Shown here: positions 57,927-64,000 of the stretch, piece by piece
How positions within the stretch are numbered: position 1 is the first letter of the stretch
Layout of the letters: every line of letters begins with the position of its first letter
Made by a program: the position numbers and the translations under genes
Sequence record: PV764603.1
DNA length: 64,000 nt
Strand: one strand, 5' to 3'
The notes under the pieces: model-generated
Told to the model about the DNA's origin: nothing
Seen by the model: only the letters and a program-made list of their open reading frames with translations
Databases searched by the model: none

Positions 57927-57952
57927 GTGCCATTTTGGCAACCCTGTAAATA
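57927..57952 (+). promoter_or_regulatory. Palindrome TGCCATTTTGGCA + CCCTGTAAATA
   Basis: Intergenic, upstream of gene 57980. Confidence 0.7.
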
Positions 57953-57979
57953 TCAGATACCTAACACACTAGGACTGTC

Positions 57980-58549
57980 ATGACTGCCCCGATCAGGCTA
58001 TACGACCCTTTCGTCGTCACCTACTACGTGCAGGACAAGGAAGCTTTGATGGCCAACCATCGGTCCCTGTTCTCCGTTGATGAAGTAAACAAGATGCGCT
58101 TCCCAATCGTCATCGGTATGGATGACGTGCCTCAGTGGATGAATGCACAGGAGTACCGGGACCATCTAGGCGTCCGTATGCAGGCGCTCAATCGCTACCT
58201 GTTCCCTCCGGACTTTAACCTAGATCGCATCCTCTATGTAACCTTGGGCGACCAGCAGGTACCGATTCAGCTTACGCACGCTGAGAGCGTGTTGTTGCAT
58301 TGCCTGATGGAAGCTAATCGGGTAGTGAGTAACGGCGAACTCTTGAATTTGCTGGAGTCGCTGCCCACACGCAATGGTAAGGAGCGGAATTACACCAAGA
58401 GCACGCGCTCTAGCCTAGTGCACGTCATGACGTATCGGATACGGTCGAAGGTGCGCCGCATCGGTGGCCCTACGCTGCTTGAGGTTATGCACGGTGTAGG
58501 CTGCCGTTACGTAGGTGGTTCCAACTTCTCTATGGCACAGGTGAATTGA
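57980..58549 (+). CDS. OmpR/PhoB-type winged-helix DNA-binding protein lacking a receiver domain
   Basis: IQLTHAESVLLHCLM...VVSNGELL...LVHVMTYRIRSKV...LEVMHGVGCRY matches Trans_reg_C. Confidence 0.75.
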   Translation: MTAPIRLYDPFVVTYYVQDKEALMANHRSLFSVDEVNKMRFPIVIGMDDVPQWMNAQEYRDHLGVRMQALNRYLFPPDFNLDRILYVTLGDQQVPIQLTHAESVLLHCLMEANRVVSNGELLNLLESLPTRNGKERNYTKSTRSSLVHVMTYRIRSKVRRIGGPTLLEVMHGVGCRYVGGSNFSMAQVN

Positions 58550-58550
58550 A

Positions 58551-59069
58551 ATGATCGATCCGATGACGGGCACCTTGCCCGCAGTAGAAGAACTGAAAGA
58601 TGATATGGGCTTCAACAATGTTGGCCCGACCTTGAGCAGCAAGCTGTTTCAAGTGTGTGCACAAGAACTGCGTGAGTGGTATCAGAAGCGAGGTCACAAG
58701 ACCTACCCGGCGGACGCTCCGTTCCTGACACGCGAAAAGAAGATGCCGGCCAACACACGGCTGATTCTGACCTACCCATCCAAAGGCCGCTACGTTGTTC
58801 TGCGCCGCGATCCGGGCAACCTCACTCCGCCGACAGTCGAGTATTCACTGGCGCGATTCGCAGTGGTGTCGGCGAAGGCACTCAAGAAGCTCCACCCGGA
58901 GAGCACATTTGTCGTAGCACGTGCGCTGCGCTCAGAATGCTGGTGGGAGTACCCTCACTATCCACGCAACGCACGCCGCAAGATTGCCCCACGCGATCTG
59001 AATCCCGTTGATCTGGCAGACTCTTACGCTGTCATCTTCACCACCGACCTTACCGCCAAGACGCCCTGA
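58551..59069 (+). CDS. Hypothetical protein
   Basis: 172 aa, immediately follows the wHTH gene. Confidence 0.55.
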   Translation: MIDPMTGTLPAVEELKDDMGFNNVGPTLSSKLFQVCAQELREWYQKRGHKTYPADAPFLTREKKMPANTRLILTYPSKGRYVVLRRDPGNLTPPTVEYSLARFAVVSAKALKKLHPESTFVVARALRSECWWEYPHYPRNARRKIAPRDLNPVDLADSYAVIFTTDLTAKTP

Positions 59070-59078
59070 TTGCATAGG

Positions 59079-59110
59079 GTGCCAAAATGGCAACGGTGCC
59101 AAAATGGCAC
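59079..59110. promoter_or_regulatory. Tandem pair of GTGCCAAAATGGCA palindromes
   Basis: Two copies spaced 17 bp, intergenic, upstream of the CYTH gene. Confidence 0.7.
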
Positions 59111-59130
59111 CCTCGATTATTGGAGTCTTC

Positions 59131-59646
59131 ATGGCCGTTGAAATCGAACGCAAGTGGTTTGTGAAATCCCAGGAATGGGAGAAGCAATCCACTATGCACT
59201 ACTCTATCGTGCAGGGCTACTTGGCAATGTCTGCCGACGCGACTGTTCGGGTGCGTAACGGAGACAAGGGTGCACAGGTGTGCATCAAGTCAAGAAACGC
59301 AGGCGTGTCACGGCAGGAATTTGAATACCGAATCCCTGCCGAAGACGCAGACGCACTGATGAACATGTGCAGCCTCATCGTTAGCAAGACCCGTCACCTT
59401 GTCCCCTATGGTGGTCACACCTTTGAGGTTGACGTTTTCCACGGGCCCCTGCAAGGCTTTGTCATGGTCGAGCTTGAACTCAAAAGCGAAGACGAAGAGT
59501 TTGCCTTGCCGGAATGGCTTGGCAAGGAAGTCACCAAGTACCGCTGCTGTTACAACGAAGACCTCGCACGCTTGGTACGTGCTAACCCCGACGCCAATAT
59601 CTACCGCCTGTTGAAACAGGAAATGGAGGCTGAGGATGGACGTTAA
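59131..59646 (+). CDS. CYTH-domain (triphosphate tunnel) protein
   Basis: MAVEIERKW (ExExK), IVQGYL, VRVR, RQEFEYRIP, KTRH, FEVDVFHG...MVELE, WLGKEVT. GGAG RBS before ATG 59131. Confidence 0.9.
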   Translation: MAVEIERKWFVKSQEWEKQSTMHYSIVQGYLAMSADATVRVRNGDKGAQVCIKSRNAGVSRQEFEYRIPAEDADALMNMCSLIVSKTRHLVPYGGHTFEVDVFHGPLQGFVMVELELKSEDEEFALPEWLGKEVTKYRCCYNEDLARLVRANPDANIYRLLKQEMEAEDGR

Positions 59647-60043
59647 AATTCCTGGGCTTAACCTTGAGTACGTGCGTGCCATTACAGGTGTCACCTCCCG
59701 AACCATAGCCATGTGGCAGAGTGGCAAGACCCTGCCGACGATGAAACAGATGGACGTAATCGAAACGGTTAACGCCATCCTCGCCAACTGCCCTTCGGTA
59801 CACCATCAAATCGCAACCTCGCATGTTCTGTCGTATGGCCTCAAGCAACCCATCGAGGGTTTCAATACGCTGGCCGAGTTGTGTCAGGCTGCGTGTCAGG
59901 AACGCAACCCACAATTGCACTCACTGCTGATTAGCGGGATTGCTGAGTTTGAGGCGGAGATTGAGGCGCATGCAAAACGTCTAGCACGTCCCCTTGCTCG
60001 CCACCCTAACCGAGCGTGGGAATCCGAGTATCCATCCTGCTAA
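59636..60043 (+). CDS. HTH-containing protein, weakly Xre/MbcA antitoxin-like
   Basis: VRAITGVTSRTIAMWQSGKTLP is an XRE-like HTH; GGAGG RBS. Confidence 0.5.
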   Translation: MDVKIPGLNLEYVRAITGVTSRTIAMWQSGKTLPTMKQMDVIETVNAILANCPSVHHQIATSHVLSYGLKQPIEGFNTLAELCQAACQERNPQLHSLLISGIAEFEAEIEAHAKRLARPLARHPNRAWESEYPSC

Positions 60044-60052
60044 GGAACGCAC

Positions 60053-60493
60053 ATGTATACGCCTTATCAATACGAGTGCAAATGCAAATGTCACGTGCCG
60101 GATTCCACGGTAGACCACGATACACCTTGCTGCAAGCCTAATCCTACTCAGCAGGAAATGATCCTTCGGGAGCTACTGGCCAGCTACGCAGGCAGTCCAC
60201 TGTTGTATCGGGACGATGGTGAGTTGCAGGACAGCGAGATTGACTTCCTGCGCGATCATCCAATAGAGATTGCCAAGAAGCTGACCACTCGGGCGCTGAT
60301 GAAAGTTGCAGCCGCACAGCAACGCATAGAAATCAAAGAGTTTGAGCATGTGCATCCGTGCCACATGGAAACGTGTGCGTGTTCAACGCATGTTCTGTAC
60401 CTTGATGGCGTAGCACTCACCGACGGTTCGCGGAAAGAACTTGAATCCATCGAACGTCACCTCCGTAGTTCACTGGCGAATAGTAGTGCATGA
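60053..60493 (+). CDS. Hypothetical Cys/His-containing protein
   Basis: AAGGA RBS; CKCKCH...CC and C..C.C.TH clusters. Confidence 0.55.
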   Translation: MYTPYQYECKCKCHVPDSTVDHDTPCCKPNPTQQEMILRELLASYAGSPLLYRDDGELQDSEIDFLRDHPIEIAKKLTTRALMKVAAAQQRIEIKEFEHVHPCHMETCACSTHVLYLDGVALTDGSRKELESIERHLRSSLANSSA

Positions 60494-60723
60494 ACGTCTT
60501 CAAGGATTGGCTCACACGGAACAACTTGACGCTAATCCAAGGGGCAAAGGAACTGGACTTGGGGAAGCGGACTATCGCGCGCTACTGTGCCGAACCATCT
60601 GAGGTTCCCGAGATAAGTATCCTCGCGCTGGCAGGCTGGGAGTTCAGCAAAGGCAAGAGGAAGCAAGCTACTGCATTGTGCGAGCTTGTCGAGAAACTCA
60701 AAAAGAAGAGGATGAAGTCGTGA
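60490..60723 (+). CDS. Small XRE-like HTH protein
   Basis: FKDWLTRNNLTLIQGAKELDLGKRTIARY. Confidence 0.65.
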   Translation: MNVFKDWLTRNNLTLIQGAKELDLGKRTIARYCAEPSEVPEISILALAGWEFSKGKRKQATALCELVEKLKKKRMKS

Positions 60724-61673
60724 CCGAACAGAAAGAAACGTTTGAGGAATTCCGAGCACGCAAGCAAGCAGAGTTGCAGCCGCATCTGCAAGACACCTTC
60801 CAAGGTGACGATGCCCGTCTGATCGCATCGGTTGAATCCTTGATTGCAATGGACCTTGACGGCGTGTTGGTGCCGCATGGTATTGGTGGTACGGGTCGAG
60901 CCCTGTTGGCTGCACTAGCATCGCGCCTGCGCACTTTGAACGAAGTCATGGAGCACGTGGACCCTGCACAACTACCGGGTCTGCCTACCGACCTTCGGTT
61001 CAAGCTGGGTGCCTACGCAAAGCCAGCAGGTTCTATCCCACGCCTGATCGTGGAACCCACCACGCCTGACGAACATCGTGCCCTGTCGGAACACCTTAAT
61101 TCGTTGAAGCGCGAGCAGCTGGTCACCGACGATCAAAGCGAAGCCAAGGCCAATCTGCTGACTCTGATGCAGAGTCGCCGTGCCGAACGTGCTCCCATTG
61201 ATGGGGATCACAAGGATGGCCTCGACCGCATGTTCTCGGACATCGTGCACGAACGTGCTATCGACCTTGGTGCCATTGGCGAAGATAGCTGGTTCGAGTT
61301 CGACAGTCAGGAGAAGCTGGAGGAATACATCAAGCTTGTCATGCAGGACTGGCTGCCCACCATGATCGAAGGCACCGAAGTCAGCGTTGACCTTGACTCC
61401 ATATTTGGTTCCGAAGGTCGTCGCCTGTTCGGTACGGTTACTTGCGCGCAGGAGCATAATGGTCACAACGGCGTCATCCTGCTGATGCAGGAGCCGGAAC
61501 CAAACTGGAATCACTTCCCTACGCGAGAGGGTGTGGATGCAGACAACGATCCAGTGTGGACCGGGCGCTTTGAAGCGCAAGGCCAGTGCATGATTTCGTC
61601 CACCACCGAAGGCGTCATCATTTCCAATGGAGCCCGCGTTGCGTTCCTAGGTCCACGCGAAGTCAACAAGTAA
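60720..61673 (+). CDS. Hypothetical multi-domain protein
   Basis: GAGGA RBS, GTG 60720; about 317 aa. Confidence 0.6.
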   Translation: MTEQKETFEEFRARKQAELQPHLQDTFQGDDARLIASVESLIAMDLDGVLVPHGIGGTGRALLAALASRLRTLNEVMEHVDPAQLPGLPTDLRFKLGAYAKPAGSIPRLIVEPTTPDEHRALSEHLNSLKREQLVTDDQSEAKANLLTLMQSRRAERAPIDGDHKDGLDRMFSDIVHERAIDLGAIGEDSWFEFDSQEKLEEYIKLVMQDWLPTMIEGTEVSVDLDSIFGSEGRRLFGTVTCAQEHNGHNGVILLMQEPEPNWNHFPTREGVDADNDPVWTGRFEAQGQCMISSTTEGVIISNGARVAFLGPREVNK

Positions 61674-61683
61674 CGGAGCTGTC

Positions 61684-62007
61684 ATGACAAGAAGTGTATA
61701 CTCAGAACGCCGCGAGCAATTCCAAGCCATCTTGGTTAGTCGTGACCCGGACTTCCTGCCCTACATCACGCAATGGATAGACTACGAAGGCAACCACAAG
61801 AATCGGCTCAAGATGGCGCACGACATTGAACTCAAGGACGGTCGTGTCCTCACTGAGTATCGCCCCAACGGTTCGGGCTGGTATGCCAACGTTGACCGCA
61901 AGGGAGAACCCAATCGGGTTGATGATAGTCAAGTGAAGCGCATTCGTTTGTCCATGCGGCAGTATCCGTGGGAACCTGACCCTAACGAGAAAAGCGATGA
62001 AGCTTAA
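61684..62007 (+). CDS. Hypothetical protein
   Basis: GGAG RBS. Confidence 0.6.
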   Translation: MTRSVYSERREQFQAILVSRDPDFLPYITQWIDYEGNHKNRLKMAHDIELKDGRVLTEYRPNGSGWYANVDRKGEPNRVDDSQVKRIRLSMRQYPWEPDPNEKSDEA

Positions 62008-62266
62008 ATGGCAGTCAGTTAGCAAGATGGTCAGCTTCGGGCCACACACCCGAGGCATGAGAATACAGCAGGTTGACGAGGCGCGCTATGCGGGCTATGT
62101 CGCTGCGATTACGCCAGAGAACGTTGTCCTGATTCATCCCGACGACACCACGCCTGCCACCTATGGTGGTCAACGCGTGAGCATTCATATCCACGCGGGC
62201 AATCGGGAGAGTGCTCAGGAGTTCGCGGTAGCTACCCTCAAGGCGCTGGAGAAGGTGAACGCCTAA
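61997..62266 (+). CDS. Hypothetical protein
   Basis: Overlap-coupled ORF. Confidence 0.55.
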   Translation: MKLKWQSVSKMVSFGPHTRGMRIQQVDEARYAGYVAAITPENVVLIHPDDTTPATYGGQRVSIHIHAGNRESAQEFAVATLKALEKVNA

Positions 62267-62688
62267 TGGACTTTGTGGCTGGTCCGATATTGATGTTTCG
62301 CAACACGCACGTGGCGATGATCCATCGCCGCGATAACAACAAGTGGGTGATCCCGGGCGGTAAGCCTGACCACAACGAGTTGCCTGTCATGACAGCGATT
62401 CGTGAACTCAAGGAAGAGACGGGCATCGACTTGCTTTCGCTGGGCTATATCAGCATGGATATGCAACCCTGTTGGTTTGCCTCGCCCAAGCTGGGTGTGC
62501 CATCCAAGCACACACTCATTCTGTACTACCTGGTACAGGTAGACGAAATGTATCCCATCCACAACATTGAACCTGCCAAGCATCACGATGCACAATGGAT
62601 CGACCTCAAGGAACTGGGTCGCTACAACGTGGGCTCACGTGATTTGCAGGCACTCCGTAACGCTCGACTTCTGCAACGAGGACGCTAA
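62266..62688 (+). CDS. Nudix hydrolase
   Basis: Nudix box PGGKPDHNELPVMTAIRELKEETG. Confidence 0.92.
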   Translation: MDFVAGPILMFRNTHVAMIHRRDNNKWVIPGGKPDHNELPVMTAIRELKEETGIDLLSLGYISMDMQPCWFASPKLGVPSKHTLILYYLVQVDEMYPIHNIEPAKHHDAQWIDLKELGRYNVGSRDLQALRNARLLQRGR

Positions 62689-62894
62689 TGCTTCTTACCC
62701 ATAAGCTGGACCCACTGGTATTCCTGACTGGCGCAAATGATCTTGAACATGCTCGACGCATCATTGCAGTTGAAGAAGGGCTCATGCAACGCCCTGACCT
62801 CCGGCACCTTACTGTGATCCCCACCAAGGAGCAGCAGGAGGCCCACATCAACCGGACCCTCAAGGAAATGGATGATGAAACGCCAGCAGCGTAA
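62688..62894 (+). CDS. Hypothetical protein
   Basis: GAGGA RBS, TAATG overlap. Confidence 0.5.
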   Translation: MLLTHKLDPLVFLTGANDLEHARRIIAVEEGLMQRPDLRHLTVIPTKEQQEAHINRTLKEMDDETPAA

Positions 62895-63138
62895 ACTCCT
62901 GTTTGGTGCCCTGTACGTCGTGTGCGTTCTCCTGTTTTCGGTCTTTATCAACCGCACCTACGTGATCGGGAAGAACTTGGACAGCAAGCAGGATGCAATC
63001 AACACGGAATGGTGTGAAGAACGTGGTGGCCACCTAACGTTCCAGCGATACCCGCCACGCACTTTCTGCATGAAGGATGGCGTAGAGGTTGAACCGCAGT
63101 ATCTCAAGTCCGAAGTTTGGATTGGCACTACCCCTTAA
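62872..63138 (+). CDS. Bitopic membrane protein with two-Cys domain
   Basis: TM helix LLFGALYVVCVLLFSVFI, then WCEERGG...TFC. Confidence 0.65.
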   Translation: MMKRQQRKLLFGALYVVCVLLFSVFINRTYVIGKNLDSKQDAINTEWCEERGGHLTFQRYPPRTFCMKDGVEVEPQYLKSEVWIGTTP

Positions 63139-63222
63139 TACCGCAATCTCAATAGTGTAAATAACCTATGGGTGGTATGCTCCGGCATGCCGCTCATTTT
63201 TCATTTCCCAATCGGAGTTTCC

Positions 63223-64000
63223 ATGTCTCATCAGCAACTCAACGCCAACGTCAATAACCTCGTAGGCAATACCCCGAACGCCCACCCGCTGCTGCGCATC
63301 CTGACCTCGCAAGGTCGGATCATCAAGCAGGAAGCGGAAGAGTTGATGGCCGCTATTCTGGCCAAGGACATTACCGAAGTTCGTGACGGTCTGAGCGACG
63401 TGATCGTTACCACTGACGGCATGTACCATCGTCTCGGCATCGAGGGTGCCGATCTGGAAGAAGTGGCAAAGAGTGCGGCGGACGTTTCTGCCGTATACCC
63501 GATCAAGAGCGCACCTTCCCTGCTGAGTATCGTGCTGGAGCAGATCAACGCTCAGATCAACTTCCTTGCTGTCGTCGGTGGCCTGACCCAGGATCAACTG
63601 GACGGCATGGCATTCAAGAACCACACCTCCACGAAGGAACAGGCCAACGAAGCTTGGATCAAGGATACCATCGCCAGCTGTGATATTCTGCGCCGCTCTG
63701 CCTACCTGTTGTCTTCCATGTTCGGTGTTGACATTGCCGCCGACCAGCAGGCTGTGTACGAATCGAACATGAGCAAGTTCGACACCGACCGCAGTGTGGC
63801 TGAGGAAGGCGTCGGTCGCTACTGGCGTACCGTTGGTGTCGAAGTGGAAATCTTCCCGAACACCATCAACGACGTGGAATACTTTGTCCTCAAGTCGGCC
63901 AAGGATCAGAAGGGCACTGACGGCAAGGACTACCCTGCTGGTAAGTTCCTCAAGTCCAGCAACTTCTTCGAGCCGCGCTTCCAGCCCTTGCCGGAAGACG
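63223..64000 (+). CDS. PRA-PH/MazG-like NTP pyrophosphohydrolase (truncated by the window end; not in the ORF track)
   Basis: GGAG RBS, ATG 63223, open to the end. IKQEAEEL...EVRDGLSDVIV...VYESNMSKFD motifs. TGTAAATA at 63156-63163 upstream. Confidence 0.75.
   Translation, partial: MSHQQLNANVNNLVGNTPNAHPLLRILTSQGRIIKQEAEELMAAILAKDITEVRDGLSDVIVTTDGMYHRLGIEGADLEEVAKSAADVSAVYPIKSAPSLLSIVLEQINAQINFLAVVGGLTQDQLDGMAFKNHTSTKEQANEAWIKDTIASCDILRRSAYLLSSMFGVDIAADQQAVYESNMSKFDTDRSVAEEGVGRYWRTVGVEVEIFPNTINDVEYFVLKSAKDQKGTDGKDYPAGKFLKSSNFFEPRFQPLPED

Overview
The window is 64 kb of a large, probably jumbo, tailed dsDNA phage genome. GC is roughly 55-60% by eye and essentially all genes lie on the + strand, often with ATGA/GTGA overlaps. 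It starts exactly at the terL ATG, which suggests a genome re-oriented on terL. Layout: (1) 1-6.5 kb packaging and head genes: intein-split TerL, probable portal, prohead protease. (2) 8.5-30.5 kb nucleotide metabolism, DNA modification, transcription and replication/recombination: ThyA, HigA-like HTH, Cas4-like nuclease, dNMP kinase, TGT/DpdA-like transglycosylase, sigma factor, poly-Asp SSB-like protein, RecA, QueD, MmcB, NADAR, Mre11/Rad50-like pair, 5'-3' exonuclease, DnaX-like clamp loader. (3) A mostly non-coding, strand-asymmetric segment at about 35.0-36.2 kb, a candidate origin or terminus. (4) 36-64 kb of small accessory genes, including a consensus sigma70 promoter, a ~15% His ADP-ribosyltransferase plus a remnant of a second copy, a SAM methyltransferase, GNAT, OmpR-type wHTH, CYTH, Nudix and MazG-like enzymes. 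Main leads: a 7-deazaguanine DNA-modification set (DpdA-like + QueD); a genome-wide regulatory code (CCTGTAAATA plus the palindrome TGCCA-N3-TGGCA) alongside a phage sigma factor; a His-rich ART cassette that appears to turn over; and Lys-rich tails on many DNA-transaction enzymes alongside a very long poly-Asp tail on the SSB-like protein. No tRNA or CRISPR array was seen. All family calls come from motif recognition by eye; no database search was run.
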